64,000 bases of DNA from Acetatifactor sp. (lineage in GTDB: Bacteria; Bacillota; Clostridia; Lachnospirales; Lachnospiraceae). The translations under genes and the position numbers were made by a program. This document shows positions 19,554 through 30,458 of this stretch, in pieces (the stretch's first letter is position 1; every line of letters begins with the position of its first letter). The notes beneath the pieces are model-generated. The model saw only the letters and a program-made list of their open reading frames with translations. It did not search any database and had not been told where the DNA came from. The stretch lies in the NCBI GenBank assembly GCA_024403365.1, contig JAKSRX010000001.1, positions 401 through 64,400 on the forward strand. Direction: 5' to 3'.

Positions 19554-20810
19554 TTATGATTCTTCATCCTCGGAATACTCTTCTTCGTATCCCTCGTAGT
19601 CTTCATATTCGCCGTCCTCGGCATACTCACCGTCTCCGGCGTAATCGCCTTCTGCGTACTCGCCGCCTTCAGCATATTCGCCCTCAGCGACATACTCGCC
19701 GCCCTCAGCATACTCGCCATCGGCTGCGTAATCGCCCTCGGCATATTCACCTTCGTAACCGTACTCATCTCCGGCGTAACCTTCCATATCGGTGCTGCCG
19801 ATGGTAACGCTTCTGCCACGTCTGTCGGAACCCTTGCCGCGTCTGCCGCCGGTGTACTCGGTCTCCACATCTCGACCGCGTCCGTCTCTGGTGGTATTGA
19901 TGGTCTTTACCGTCTTGGTGGGAGCGGCAACCGTCATCTTGGGAACCGCCTTCACATAATAATAATACTCGTCATCCTCGAACTGTACCTTCTCGGTTCT
20001 GCTGTAATCCACGCAGAAACGGAAGAACTCAATGATCTTGGCGATCACAAGTGCAAGCAAAGTACCCAGGATCACTCCGCCAACGGAGATATCCAGATCC
20101 AGCACATAGTCACCTACCAGGATCACCACGATATTCAATACTGCACCGGCACCCATAGCGATGGACCATGCATAATCTACGGAAAGTCTGCGAAGCAGAT
20201 ATACTCCCAGGATCGTAAATGCAAAGGCTGCACAGATCACCACTGTAGTCTTGGATCCCACCAGCGCATCTACCAGGTAACGAACCTTTCCCAGAGTATC
20301 CTCACCCATGGTCATCAGATTGGAGTAACTGCCAAGCACTGCGCTCAGTGCATAATATACTACCACGCCGCTGCATGCGGAAACGATGGCTGCGGGAGTC
20401 AGCAGAAGACCTGCAGCGATGGGTACCACATAAGGGATCTTCATCACGAAGAGGATAGGGGTAAGTACCACCAGCAGGGATTCCTTCGGGCTGAATCGGA
20501 ACACCAGCAGGAACAGGATCAGATACAGGCAAAGCACGATCAATGCCGCTTCCTTTGCCATGGCATAGGTATGGAGCAAACTGAATACAGCTCCAAAGAA
20601 CACGATACAGCCGTTGGGAAGGAAGGAGCACAGAAGTGCTGCGATCAATACAACGGGAAGTCTGTCGATTTTAGCCATGTAACTCATTTTGCTGTTGATC
20701 ACCTGGAGCACGATAAATGCCACCAGGAATTTCACTACAGGCAGAATGTAGATCTCAAATCTGCTGTAGAACTGTTTGATTCTCTCTCTCACTTCTAATA
20801 ATGCTGTCAT
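19554..20810 (-). CDS. Polytopic membrane protein with a low-complexity RG block and Tyr/acidic repeat tail
   Basis: About 8-9 TMs, FEDDEYYYYVKAVPK, then RG-rich and (GEYAEG)n-like segments. Confidence 0.8.
   Translation of the reverse strand: MTALLEVRERIKQFYSRFEIYILPVVKFLVAFIVLQVINSKMSYMAKIDRLPVVLIAALLCSFLPNGCIVFFGAVFSLLHTYAMAKEAALIVLCLYLILFLLVFRFSPKESLLVVLTPILFVMKIPYVVPIAAGLLLTPAAIVSACSGVVVYYALSAVLGSYSNLMTMGEDTLGKVRYLVDALVGSKTTVVICAAFAFTILGVYLLRRLSVDYAWSIAMGAGAVLNIVVILVGDYVLDLDISVGGVILGTLLALVIAKIIEFFRFCVDYSRTEKVQFEDDEYYYYVKAVPKMTVAAPTKTVKTINTTRDGRGRDVETEYTGGRRGKGSDRRGRSVTIGSTDMEGYAGDEYGYEGEYAEGDYAADGEYAEGGEYVAEGEYAEGGEYAEGDYAGDGEYAEDGEYEDYEGYEEEYSEDEES
19557..19787 (-). repeat. Degenerate 15-18 bp coding tandem repeat (GEYAEG/GDYA units)
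   Basis: Repeated GCATAYTCGCC/GCGTAATCGCC units on the plus strand. Confidence 0.8.
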
Positions 20811-21247
20811 CTGCGTCCTTTTCCTCCGCCTCTCTTGCCGGACTTTCCGGTGCTCTCACCGTCAACTCCGTAAAGTGAATTCAGCTTCTTTAAATTCTGA
20901 TAATAAGCCTTTAGATTCTTTCTTGCCTTCAGGTACCGATAGGTGCAGAACACATAGGTCAGTATCACATATGCAGCCACCGTGATGACATAGTATTTCA
21001 AAACAGACTTTGCAAGGACCACAAGATCGATCTTGTACAGATCCTGCATGAATACTTCAAAATTGTAGAGAACGTATAATCCGAACACGATCAGGTAAGC
21101 GATCGTTGCGCAAACAAACGCTTTCAATATATTGATAGTCAGATAATCACTTCTGAAATAATTACCGATGGCAACGTTTTTCTTGCCTTCTCCCTGCTCG
21201 TACGCAGCCAGACGAGTCATCAGAATGACTCTCTTCTCATTCAGCAT
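20807..21247 (-). CDS. Small membrane protein (2 TMs), unknown function
   Basis: GGAGG RBS, two hydrophobic segments, 4-nt overlap with the downstream gene. Confidence 0.75.
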   Translation of the reverse strand: MLNEKRVILMTRLAAYEQGEGKKNVAIGNYFRSDYLTINILKAFVCATIAYLIVFGLYVLYNFEVFMQDLYKIDLVVLAKSVLKYYVITVAAYVILTYVFCTYRYLKARKNLKAYYQNLKKLNSLYGVDGESTGKSGKRGGGKGRR

Positions 21248-21265
21248 ACAATACCTCCTATCCCG

Positions 21266-21985
21266 TTATACACCGGCACCGCAGGCCAGAGAGAGAAAGT
21301 ATACTTCCCTCGCGCCGGCTGCTTTCAAAACACCGGCCGCCTCGTCTATCGTGGCACCTGTTGTATAAATATCGTCGATAAGTATAGTTACTCCTAATTT
21401 TACATCATTTTGTCTGATAATAAAAGCATTTTTCAAATTATTTTGGCGTTCTTGCCGAGATAAACGCTTCAAAGGTCTCGTATTTCTGCTTCGAAGCAGC
21501 AGGTCGGAATACACCGGGATATCCATTTTCTCGCCGATCCGAAGAGCCAATACCTCCGCCTGATTGTAGCCCCGCTTGTTTTTGCGCTTCGGATGCAGGG
21601 GAATGGGGATCAAAGCATCGGGGTTCACACTTTTGATAAATTCTCCCAGATACTCCGCCGCCTGGTCTGCATAAAAGTCTGCATATTCCTGCCGTCCGGA
21701 ATATTTGAACCGGTACAGCCCGGGAGCCGCAGAGGAATACTCATACAATGCCCGCCCCCTGTCGTAAGTATGACCGGTTCGCTGGCAATCCTCGCACAGA
21801 CTCATCCCATCCTCCACCTTTTTGCCGCATTTCAGGCACCAGGGCGGAGTGAGAAGCTTCAGTCTCGGTTCACAATGTGCGCAGATCTTGCCCTCGGAGT
21901 GCCTCACGATCCCGTCGCACACCGGGCACCGAAGGGGGAAAAGCAGTCTGAGCAGACTGTTCTTCATCTTAGTAATGATCGTCAT
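21266..21985 (-). CDS. comFC: ComF-family protein (Zn ribbon + PRTase domain)
   Basis: CPVC/CAHC/CLKC/CEDC, RGYNQA, LIDDIYTTGAT. Confidence 0.9.
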   Translation of the reverse strand: MTIITKMKNSLLRLLFPLRCPVCDGIVRHSEGKICAHCEPRLKLLTPPWCLKCGKKVEDGMSLCEDCQRTGHTYDRGRALYEYSSAAPGLYRFKYSGRQEYADFYADQAAEYLGEFIKSVNPDALIPIPLHPKRKNKRGYNQAEVLALRIGEKMDIPVYSDLLLRSRNTRPLKRLSRQERQNNLKNAFIIRQNDVKLGVTILIDDIYTTGATIDEAAGVLKAAGAREVYFLSLACGAGV

Positions 21986-24203
21986 ATAATTCCTTTACTC
22001 TCAAAGCCAGCATGGTGTAGCGTCTGTTTTCACTGCTGTTGTCTATCATGCCCCGAACCGTCTCGCTGCTTCCCAGGATCGTCACACAGGACCTCGCTCT
22101 GGTGATAGCGGTATACAGGAGGTTCCGGTTGAACAACTGTCTGGGGCCGCTTAAAAGAGGCAGCACCACCGCAGGATACTCACTTCCCTGGGATTTATGG
22201 ATGGTCACCGCATAGCTTAACTCCAGTTCCTCCAACAGGGTAAAAGGATAGGTGACTCTCCTGTGCTCATCGAATTCCACCACAAGGCTGGAGGCATTCT
22301 CATTGATCTCCACGATCTTACCCATGTCGCCGTTGAAGATGCCTGTTCCCTTATCGATGGGGATACCGTACTTGCTGACCACTTCCCACTCCAGCTGGTA
22401 GTTGTTCTTGATCTGCATGACCTTGTCACCCTCACGATACAGGTGAACCACGCCGGAGTACTCTTTTTTCTTAGGATCCGGAGGATTCAGATACTGCTGT
22501 AAGATGGTATTCAGGCTCTCACATCCCAGGGGGCCCTTACGCATAGGCGTCAGGACCTGGATATCAAAGGGAGATGCCTTCACATATCCCGGCAATTTCT
22601 CACGGATCAATTGGATCATATGTTTATATATGACATTGGTGTCATTTCTTTCCAACATAAAGAAATCTTTTGATTTATTATCCAGGGCGATCTGCTCTCC
22701 GCGGTTGATCCTGTGGGCATTGACCACGATATCGCTCTCCTGTGCCTGGCGGAAGATCTTTTTTAACTCCACCATAGGGAATTTACCGCAGGCGATCAGG
22801 TCTCGCAGTACCTGTCCCGGTCCTACGCTGGGCAGCTGGTTCACGTCCCCCACCAGGATCAGTCTGGTGCCGGGTGTCACAGCCTTGAGAAGTGCCGTGA
22901 ACAGCTGGATATCCACCATGGACATCTCGTCGATGATGATGACATCCGCCTCCAGAGGATTCTCCTCATTGCGCTCGAATCGCACCTTTCTGGTGGTCTC
23001 ATCGGAAAGGGCGCTGTTTAGTTCCAACAGACGATGAATGGTCTTCGCTTCATAGCCGGTGGCTTCCGTCATTCGCTTGGCCGCACGTCCCGTGGGCGCT
23101 GCCAGCAGAATATCCATGCCCTCCGCCTCAAAATAATGGATGATAACATTGATGGTGGTGGTCTTACCGGTACCGGGTCCGCCGGAAAGGATGAACAGAC
23201 CGTTTCTGATGCAGGAAAAAACCGCCTCCATCTGCAGGTCATCCAGTTCCATCTCCAGGCTGCGCACCAGTTTCTCCACCCGGCGCTCGATCACCGCAGT
23301 CTGAGAGGGCAGATACTCCGCCTCCTCCATAGGAATATTGATATCCAGTAACATTCTGGCGCAGTTCATCTCCGCATAGTAGAAAGATGAGGCAAACACG
23401 CCGCCGTTTCGGATCACCACCTTCTTCTCCATGGAAAGGTTGTCCATCTGCACGCGAATGGTCTCACGATCGACACCCAAAAGGGCCTCGGAACGATCTA
23501 ACAAGGTCTCCATGGGAAGGTAGCAATGACCTTCTCCTACAGCCTGCAGCAGAGTATAGACCACGCCGCTTCGGATACGATAATCGGAGTCCATGTGAAT
23601 GCCGATCTTCTGGGCGATATCATCCGCCAGTTTGAAACCGATACCGGAGATATCCTCTGCCAGTTTGTAGGGATTCTCCTTCATGATACTGTATAGTTCC
23701 ATGCCGTAAGCGTCGTAGATCTTCACCGCATAGGTATTGGAGATGCCATACTCCTGCAGGAAGATCATGGCATCCCTTAAGTCCTTCTTTTCCTCCATCT
23801 GAATGGCGATCTCACGGGCCTTTTTCTCACTGATGCCCTTGATCTCCGCCAGTCGTTCCGGCTCTTCCTCCATGATGCGGAAGGTATCGTCACCGAACTG
23901 CTTCACGATGCGAGCTGCCAGAGCGCAGCCGATACCCTTGATGGCTCCGGAACCCAGATAACGCTGGATCCCCACGCGGTCCTGGGGAACCTGTACCCGA
24001 TAAGCGGTGAATTTAAACTGCTTGCCGTATACGGGGTGCTCGATATAATCTCCCTCCAGCACCACACTTTCTCCCTGACTTAAGCCCACGCAATTGCCCA
24101 CGCAGGTGATATCCTCGCCCTCCGCGCTCAGGTTCAGTACCGTATAACCGTTCTCGGTGTTTTGGAAAATGATGTGCTCTACATATCCGCTTACTGTATT
24201 CAT
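21969..24203 (-). CDS. recD2: RecD2 ATP-dependent DNA helicase
   Basis: HhH IKGIG, GGPGTGKT, APTGRAAKR, IIDEMSM, GDVNQLPSVG, TIHKSQGSE, LYTAITRA. Confidence 0.95.
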   Translation of the reverse strand: MNTVSGYVEHIIFQNTENGYTVLNLSAEGEDITCVGNCVGLSQGESVVLEGDYIEHPVYGKQFKFTAYRVQVPQDRVGIQRYLGSGAIKGIGCALAARIVKQFGDDTFRIMEEEPERLAEIKGISEKKAREIAIQMEEKKDLRDAMIFLQEYGISNTYAVKIYDAYGMELYSIMKENPYKLAEDISGIGFKLADDIAQKIGIHMDSDYRIRSGVVYTLLQAVGEGHCYLPMETLLDRSEALLGVDRETIRVQMDNLSMEKKVVIRNGGVFASSFYYAEMNCARMLLDINIPMEEAEYLPSQTAVIERRVEKLVRSLEMELDDLQMEAVFSCIRNGLFILSGGPGTGKTTTINVIIHYFEAEGMDILLAAPTGRAAKRMTEATGYEAKTIHRLLELNSALSDETTRKVRFERNEENPLEADVIIIDEMSMVDIQLFTALLKAVTPGTRLILVGDVNQLPSVGPGQVLRDLIACGKFPMVELKKIFRQAQESDIVVNAHRINRGEQIALDNKSKDFFMLERNDTNVIYKHMIQLIREKLPGYVKASPFDIQVLTPMRKGPLGCESLNTILQQYLNPPDPKKKEYSGVVHLYREGDKVMQIKNNYQLEWEVVSKYGIPIDKGTGIFNGDMGKIVEINENASSLVVEFDEHRRVTYPFTLLEELELSYAVTIHKSQGSEYPAVVLPLLSGPRQLFNRNLLYTAITRARSCVTILGSSETVRGMIDNSSENRRYTMLALRVKELYDDHY

Positions 24204-24214
24204 CCGATTCTCCT

Positions 24215-24248
24215 AAAAAGAAAGGCTGCCCAAATACACACGGCAGCC
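24215..24248 (-). terminator. Intrinsic terminator after mbl
   Basis: GGCTGCC/GGCAGCC stem with adjacent A-rich run. Confidence 0.5.
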
Positions 24249-24267
24249 CAGGTTACGATTTATATAC

Positions 24268-25257
24268 TTAGTCTCTGTATCCGGAAAGGAATTCCACATA
24301 ACTTCCGGTACCGATGGCAACAGCGGTCATAGGATCTTCCGCCGTCATGGTGTTGATTCCGGTCTTGGCATAGATCAGATCCTCCAACCCACGCAGCAGG
24401 CTTCCGCCGCCGGTGAGCACGATGCCTCTGTCCGCAATGTCCGCTGCCAGTTCGGGGGGAGTCTTCTCCAACACGCTGTGGATGGTCTCAACGATCTGCG
24501 CGGTAGCCTCACGAAGGGCCTCCTCTGTCTCCTCGGAAGAAACCTTTACGGTCTTGGGAAGACCGGTCACCAGGTTACGTCCTCTGACATCCATATAATC
24601 GGGCTCGGGTCTGGGATAAGCGGAACCGATCTTGATCTTGATATCCTCCGCTGTTCTCTCACCGATCAGAAGATTGTGCTTTTTACGCATATAACGAACG
24701 ATGGCCTCGTCGAAATCATCGCCTGCGATCTTGATGGACGCACTGACTACCGTGCCACCCAGGGAAATAACCGCGATGTCGGAGGTACCGCCGCCGATAT
24801 CTACGATCATATTGCCGCAAGGCTTGGAAATGTCGATACCTGCACCGATAGCTGCTGCAATAGGCTCCTCAATGATGGCAACCTCTCTTGCACCTGCCTG
24901 ATAGGTTGCATCCTCAACTGCCTTCTTCTCAACCTCGGTAACACCGCTGGGAACGCAGACTGCGATACGGGGCTTTCTGAACATTCTTCTGCCCATGGCC
25001 TTCTGGATGAAATACTTCATCATCTTCTCGGTCACGGTGTAATCGGAGATAACACCCTGACGCAGGGGGCGAACTGCCACGATATTACCGGGTGTTCTTC
25101 CCAGCATCAGACGAGCGTCCTCGCCGATTGCCTTGATCTTGTTGGTATCTCTGTCAAATGCTACTACGGAGGGCTCCTTTAAAACGACGCCCTTACCTCT
25201 GATGTATACTAAAATGCTGGCTGTGCCCAAATCTATTCCGATATCTGTACACTGCAT
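24268..25257 (-). CDS. mbl: MreB-family actin homologue (Mbl-like; no mreC/mreD next to it)
   Basis: DIGIDLGTA, EPSVVA, VDIGGGT, LTGGGSLL. Confidence 0.85.
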   Translation of the reverse strand: MQCTDIGIDLGTASILVYIRGKGVVLKEPSVVAFDRDTNKIKAIGEDARLMLGRTPGNIVAVRPLRQGVISDYTVTEKMMKYFIQKAMGRRMFRKPRIAVCVPSGVTEVEKKAVEDATYQAGAREVAIIEEPIAAAIGAGIDISKPCGNMIVDIGGGTSDIAVISLGGTVVSASIKIAGDDFDEAIVRYMRKKHNLLIGERTAEDIKIKIGSAYPRPEPDYMDVRGRNLVTGLPKTVKVSSEETEEALREATAQIVETIHSVLEKTPPELAADIADRGIVLTGGGSLLRGLEDLIYAKTGINTMTAEDPMTAVAIGTGSYVEFLSGYRD

Positions 25258-25381
25258 AAGTAAAGTCCCCTTTCATTGTGATTGAAAGTTCCCTAAAACA
25301 AATAAGTAAAAGAAACGCAATATAATTATATCCGAAAAAAGAATGTTTTCAATGAGTTTAACAAAATATTTATAAATATAA

Positions 25382-28246
25382 TTATTTCTCCAGCATTTTC
25401 TTGATATAACGTCCGGTGTAGGATACGGGACTTGCAGCGATCTCCTCAGGGGTACCCTTTGCGATCACGGTGCCACCTCTGTCACCGCCCTCGGGTCCGA
25501 TGTCGATGATATAGTCCGCGGTCTTGATCACATCCAGGTTGTGTTCGATGACTACCACGGTGTTGCCGCCGTCTGCCAGTCTGTGAAGGATCTCCACCAG
25601 CTTATGTACGTCCGCAAAATGCAGACCGGTGGTAGGCTCGTCCAGGATGTAGATGGTCTTGCCGGTGCTTCTCTTGGAAAGCTCTGCTGCCAGTTTGATA
25701 CGCTGTGCCTCACCGCCGGAAAGAGTGGTGGAAGGCTGGCCCAGCTTCACATAACCGAGACCTACATCGTACAAGGTCTGGATCTTGTTGCGGATGCCGG
25801 GTACGTTCTCAAAGAAGGGCAATGCATCCTCCACAGTCATATCCAGTACATCGAAAATGCTCTTACCTTTATATTTTACATCCAGAGTCTCACGGTTGTA
25901 ACGCTTACCGCCGCAGACTTCACAGGGTACATACACATCGGGAAGGAAATGCATCTCGATCTTGATGATACCGTCACCGCTGCAGGCTTCACAGCGTCCA
26001 CCCTTTACATTGAAGCTGAAACGACCCTTGGTATAGCCCTTGGTCTTTGCATCCGTAGTGGAAGCAAACAGATCACGGATCTGGTCGAATACGCCGGTGT
26101 AGGTAGCGGGGTTGGATCTGGGAGTTCTGCCGATGGGGGACTGGTCGATATCGATGACCTTGTCCAGCTGTTCCAGACCTTCGACACCGCGATGCTTGCC
26201 GGGAATACATCTGGCGCGATTCAGGTCTCTGGACAGGTGCTTGAACAGGATCTCGTTCACCAGGGAGCTCTTACCGGAACCGGATACACCGGTGACAACG
26301 GTCATTACACCCAGAGGGAACTCTACGTCGATATTTTTCAGGTTGTTCTCCTGGGCACCCAGGACCTTCAGCCAGCCGCTGGGAGTTCTGTGCTTTGCAG
26401 GTACGGGGATCTTCAGTTCACCGCTTAAGTATTTGCCGGTGATGGACTCAGGGATCTGCATGATCTCCTCGGCGGTACCGCAGGCAACCACTTCTCCACC
26501 GTGGGAGCCGGCGCCGGGACCGATGTCCACAATATAATCAGCTGCAAGCATGGTATCCTCGTCATGCTCTACCACGATCAGGGTATTGCCCAGGTCTCGC
26601 AGGCTCTTCAAGGTATTCAACAGCTTGTCATTGTCTCTCTGGTGCAGACCGATACTGGGCTCATCCAGAATGTAGCACACACCTACCAGGCCGGAACCGA
26701 TCTGAGTCGCCAGACGGATACGCTGGGCCTCGCCGCCGGAAAGAGTAGCTGTGGCTCTGGCAAGGGACAGGTACTCCAGACCTACATCCACCAGGAAACC
26801 GGCTCTGGAGCGGATCTCCTTGAGCAGCTGTTTTCCGATAAATTCCTGCTGAGGAGTCAGTGTCATCTCCTTCAAGTACTCATGCAGTTCTCTGATGGAG
26901 AGATTGGTGATCTCGTAAATATTCTTGTCGCAGACAGTCACTGCCAGGGATTCCTTCTTCAGACGCATACCCTGACATTCCTTACAGGGCGTGAAACGCA
27001 TAAAGCTCTCATACTCCTGCTTCATGGTCTCGGAGAAGGTCTCCTTGTATCTTCTGTCGGTGTTGGCGAGCAGGCCTTCGAAGGCGGTGGGATAGATTCC
27101 GCTGCCGCGCTGGCCGGTGTAATACACATTTACCTTCTTGCCGCTGGTACCATGGATCAGGATATTCTGGATCTCCTCAGGATAATCCTGAAAAGGTGTA
27201 TCCAAATTGAAGTTATATTCATCACAAAGAGCGCGAAGCATGGCATTGGTGAAACTCTTGGGGTCCGCGCAGGACTGCCAGCCCATAACGGTGATGGCTC
27301 CCTGGTTGATGCTTAAGGTTCTGTCGGGGATCATCAGGTCGATGTCGAACTCCATCTTGTAACCGAGACCGAAACACTCCGGGCATGCACCGAAAGGATT
27401 GTTGAAGAAGAAGCTTCTGGGCTCGATCTCACTGATACCGATACCGCAGTCAGGGCAGGAGAAACTCTGGCTGAAGGTCAGAGACGCGCCGCCGATCACA
27501 TCTGCGATGAGAAGACCCTCGGAAAGAGCCAGTACATTTTCGATGGAATCTGCCAGTCTTCTCTGGATGCCGTCCTTTACCACCAGACGGTCCACGATGA
27601 TCTCGATATTGTGTTTGATATTCTTATCCAGGGAGATCTCCTCGGAAAGTTCATAGAGGTTGCCGTCGATACGCACACGTACATAACCGCTCTTCTTGGC
27701 GCGGTCCAGTACCTTCTCATGCTGACCCTTACGGCCTCTGACTACCGGTGCCAGGAGCTGTAACTTGGTTCCCTCCGGCAAAGCCATGATCTGGTCTACC
27801 ATCTGGTCCACGGTCTGCTTGGAGATCTCTCTGCCGCAGTTCGGGCAGTGAGGGGTACCGATCCTCGCATAGAGAAGTCGGAAATAGTCATAGATCTCCG
27901 TTACGGTTCCCACGGTGGAACGGGGGTTTCTGTTGGTAGACTTCTGGTCGATGGAGATGGCGGGGGAAAGTCCGTCGATCCTCTCCACGTTAGGTTTCTC
28001 CATCTGGCCTAAGAACTGTCTTGCGTAGGAGGAAAGAGATTCCATATATCTTCTCTGACCTTCCGCATAGATCGTATCGAAAGCCAGGGAGGACTTACCG
28101 GAACCTGACATGCCTGTCAGAACTACCAGCTCGTTTCTGGGAATGTCTACATCTATATTTTTCAGGTTGTGCTCGCAGGCGCCGCGGATCTTGATATACT
28201 CGCGGAACGCCTTGCCCCTGGATTGCATTTTCATTGTATCTTCCAT
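25382..28246 (-). CDS. uvrA: Excinuclease ABC subunit A
   Basis: Two ABC cassettes ([24 protein letters not shown]), Zn fingers. Confidence 0.98.
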   Translation of the reverse strand: MEDTMKMQSRGKAFREYIKIRGACEHNLKNIDVDIPRNELVVLTGMSGSGKSSLAFDTIYAEGQRRYMESLSSYARQFLGQMEKPNVERIDGLSPAISIDQKSTNRNPRSTVGTVTEIYDYFRLLYARIGTPHCPNCGREISKQTVDQMVDQIMALPEGTKLQLLAPVVRGRKGQHEKVLDRAKKSGYVRVRIDGNLYELSEEISLDKNIKHNIEIIVDRLVVKDGIQRRLADSIENVLALSEGLLIADVIGGASLTFSQSFSCPDCGIGISEIEPRSFFFNNPFGACPECFGLGYKMEFDIDLMIPDRTLSINQGAITVMGWQSCADPKSFTNAMLRALCDEYNFNLDTPFQDYPEEIQNILIHGTSGKKVNVYYTGQRGSGIYPTAFEGLLANTDRRYKETFSETMKQEYESFMRFTPCKECQGMRLKKESLAVTVCDKNIYEITNLSIRELHEYLKEMTLTPQQEFIGKQLLKEIRSRAGFLVDVGLEYLSLARATATLSGGEAQRIRLATQIGSGLVGVCYILDEPSIGLHQRDNDKLLNTLKSLRDLGNTLIVVEHDEDTMLAADYIVDIGPGAGSHGGEVVACGTAEEIMQIPESITGKYLSGELKIPVPAKHRTPSGWLKVLGAQENNLKNIDVEFPLGVMTVVTGVSGSGKSSLVNEILFKHLSRDLNRARCIPGKHRGVEGLEQLDKVIDIDQSPIGRTPRSNPATYTGVFDQIRDLFASTTDAKTKGYTKGRFSFNVKGGRCEACSGDGIIKIEMHFLPDVYVPCEVCGGKRYNRETLDVKYKGKSIFDVLDMTVEDALPFFENVPGIRNKIQTLYDVGLGYVKLGQPSTTLSGGEAQRIKLAAELSKRSTGKTIYILDEPTTGLHFADVHKLVEILHRLADGGNTVVVIEHNLDVIKTADYIIDIGPEGGDRGGTVIAKGTPEEIAASPVSYTGRYIKKMLEK

Positions 28247-28263
28247 ACCGGTTTGCCTTTCAT

Positions 28264-30255
28264 TTACTTCTTGTCTATCTCTTCCAGTGATTTCTTCAGT
28301 TCGATCATCTTGTCACGAAGCTCTGCAGCAGCCTCGAAATCCAGATCTGCGGCTGCCTTCTTCATCTTCTTCTGTACCTCTGCGATGAGTTTCTCCAGTT
28401 CCTTGCGGTTCATGGACTCTGGATCCTTCTCGAACTGCAGCTCCTCCTTGGCGATGACCTTGGAGATACTGATCAGGTCGCGGACCGCCTTCTTGATGGT
28501 CTGAGGGGTGATACCGTGCTCATCGTTATATTTCTGCTGGATCTGGCGACGTCTGTTGGTCTCATCCAGTGCGATCCTCATGGAATCGGTGATGGTGTCG
28601 GCGTACATGATGACATGGCCTTCCGCATTACGGGCCGCACGACCGATGGTCTGGATCAGGGAGGTGGCACTACGTAAGAATCCTTCCTTGTCCGCATCCA
28701 ATATCGCTACCAGAGAGATCTCGGGGATATCCAGACCCTCTCGCAGCAGGTTGATACCTACCAGCACATCGAAAACATCCAAGCGCATGTCTCTGATGAT
28801 CTGGGCACGCTCCAGGGTGTCGATGTCGGAGTGGAGGTAACGCACGCGAATGCCTACTTCCTTCATATAATCGGTAAGATCCTCTGCCATACGCTTGGTC
28901 AGAGTGGTGATCAATACCTTGTTATGTTTGTCGATCTCTTTGCGGACTGCGCCGATCAGGTGGTCGATCTGTCCTTCTACGGGGCGAACCTCCACCTCAG
29001 GATCCAGAAGGCCGGTGGGTCTGATGATCTGCTCGGTACGCAGAAGTTCATGCTCCTCCTCGTATACAGAAGGAGTAGCGGATACGAACATCATCTGATC
29101 GATGTGAGACTCGAACTCATCGAAATTCAAGGGTCTGTTGTCCAGTGCGGAGGGCAGACGGAAGCCATAGTCCACCAGAGTCTGCTTTCTGGAACGGTCT
29201 CCGGCATACATACCGCGGATCTGAGGGATGGTCATGTGAGACTCATCGATGATGATCAGGAAATCATCCCGGAAGAAATCCATCAGTGTCAGAGGCGGTG
29301 CTCCGGGAGGCAGGAAATTCAGGTGTCGGGAATAGTTCTCGATACCGGAACAGAAACCGGACTCGCGCAGCATCTCCACGTCGAAGTTGGTTCTCTCTGC
29401 AATTCTCTGAGCTTCGATCAGCTTGTCCTCTCCCTTAAAGTAGCGGACTCTTTCCTCCAATTCCTTCTCGATATTCTCGCAGGCTAAGTTGATCTTCTCC
29501 TGGGATACTACATAGTGAGAAGCCGGGAAGATCGCGATGTGATTCAAAACCGCATGGATCTTGCCGGAGAGGGGCTCCACCTCGGAGATCCTGTCGATCT
29601 CGTCACCGAAGAACTCGATTCGAATATAGTAATCGCCGCCGATGGCAGGGTATACTTCCAGCACATCGCCCCGCACACGGAAGCATCCGCGCTGCAGGTC
29701 CATATCATTTCTCTGATACTGGATGCTCACCAGATCACGAAGAACGTCATCTCTCTCCCTGGTCATACCGGGGCGCAAAGACACGATCATATCCTGATAT
29801 TCGTCGGGGCTGCCCAGACCGTAGATACAGGATACACTGGCTACCACGATAACATCTCTTCTCTCGGTCAGGGACGCAGTGGCGGAAAGTCTCAGCTTAT
29901 CGATCTCGTCATTGACGGAGGAATCCTTGGAGATGTAAGTATCGGAGGAAGGCACATAGGCTTCCGGCTGATAGTAATCATAGTAACTTACGAAATACTC
30001 CACCGCATTCTCCGGAAAGAATTCCTTGAACTCACCGTAGAGCTGACCTGCCAGAGTCTTATTATGGGCGATGATCAGGGTAGGCTTGTTCAGCGCCTGA
30101 ATCACGTTCGCCATGGTGAAGGTCTTACCGGAACCGGTAACACCCAATAATGTCTGAAACTGATTGCCCGCCTTGAAACCTTCCACCAGTTCCGCAATGG
30201 CCTGGGGCTGATCTCCCGTGGGCTGATATTCTGAATGTAAAACAAAATGATCCAT
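28264..30255 (-). CDS. uvrB: Excinuclease ABC subunit B
   Basis: [38 protein letters not shown]-terminal UVR helix. Confidence 0.98.
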   Translation of the reverse strand: MDHFVLHSEYQPTGDQPQAIAELVEGFKAGNQFQTLLGVTGSGKTFTMANVIQALNKPTLIIAHNKTLAGQLYGEFKEFFPENAVEYFVSYYDYYQPEAYVPSSDTYISKDSSVNDEIDKLRLSATASLTERRDVIVVASVSCIYGLGSPDEYQDMIVSLRPGMTRERDDVLRDLVSIQYQRNDMDLQRGCFRVRGDVLEVYPAIGGDYYIRIEFFGDEIDRISEVEPLSGKIHAVLNHIAIFPASHYVVSQEKINLACENIEKELEERVRYFKGEDKLIEAQRIAERTNFDVEMLRESGFCSGIENYSRHLNFLPPGAPPLTLMDFFRDDFLIIIDESHMTIPQIRGMYAGDRSRKQTLVDYGFRLPSALDNRPLNFDEFESHIDQMMFVSATPSVYEEEHELLRTEQIIRPTGLLDPEVEVRPVEGQIDHLIGAVRKEIDKHNKVLITTLTKRMAEDLTDYMKEVGIRVRYLHSDIDTLERAQIIRDMRLDVFDVLVGINLLREGLDIPEISLVAILDADKEGFLRSATSLIQTIGRAARNAEGHVIMYADTITDSMRIALDETNRRRQIQQKYNDEHGITPQTIKKAVRDLISISKVIAKEELQFEKDPESMNRKELEKLIAEVQKKMKKAAADLDFEAAAELRDKMIELKKSLEEIDKK

Positions 30256-30325
30256 CTGTTAACCCTTATTTTGACTTGCTTTCGGATCCGATCCCAAAAG
30301 CTTCCACAACACAACAATGCAATAC

Positions 30326-30375
30326 ATTATACCATATCAAGATATAAAAGGCTAGCAAAATTCGAATGTTTGTTC
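30326..30375 (-). promoter_or_regulatory. uvrBA promoter with LexA (Cheo/SOS) box
   Basis: Extended -10 TGGTATAAT (30326-30334); GAATGTTTGTTC at 30364-30375 is one mismatch from GAAC-N4-GTTC. Confidence 0.65.
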
Positions 30376-30389
30376 TGTTTTTCTGGAGT

Positions 30390-30435
30390 AAAAAAGGACC
30401 AATGACCCGGAAATGAGTCATTGATCCTTCTTTTT
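30390..30435 (-). terminator. Terminator closing the HD-GYP/BMP cassette
   Basis: AAGGACCAATGAC/GTCATTGATCCTT stem flanked by A- and T-runs. Confidence 0.65.
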
Positions 30436-30458
30436 GATTCGATTTTTAATTGTAAAAC

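Noticed and set aside
19538-19870. Alternative-frame repetitive ORFs over the acidic tail
   Set aside because: By-products of the coding repeat; the acidic frame is continuous with the membrane protein
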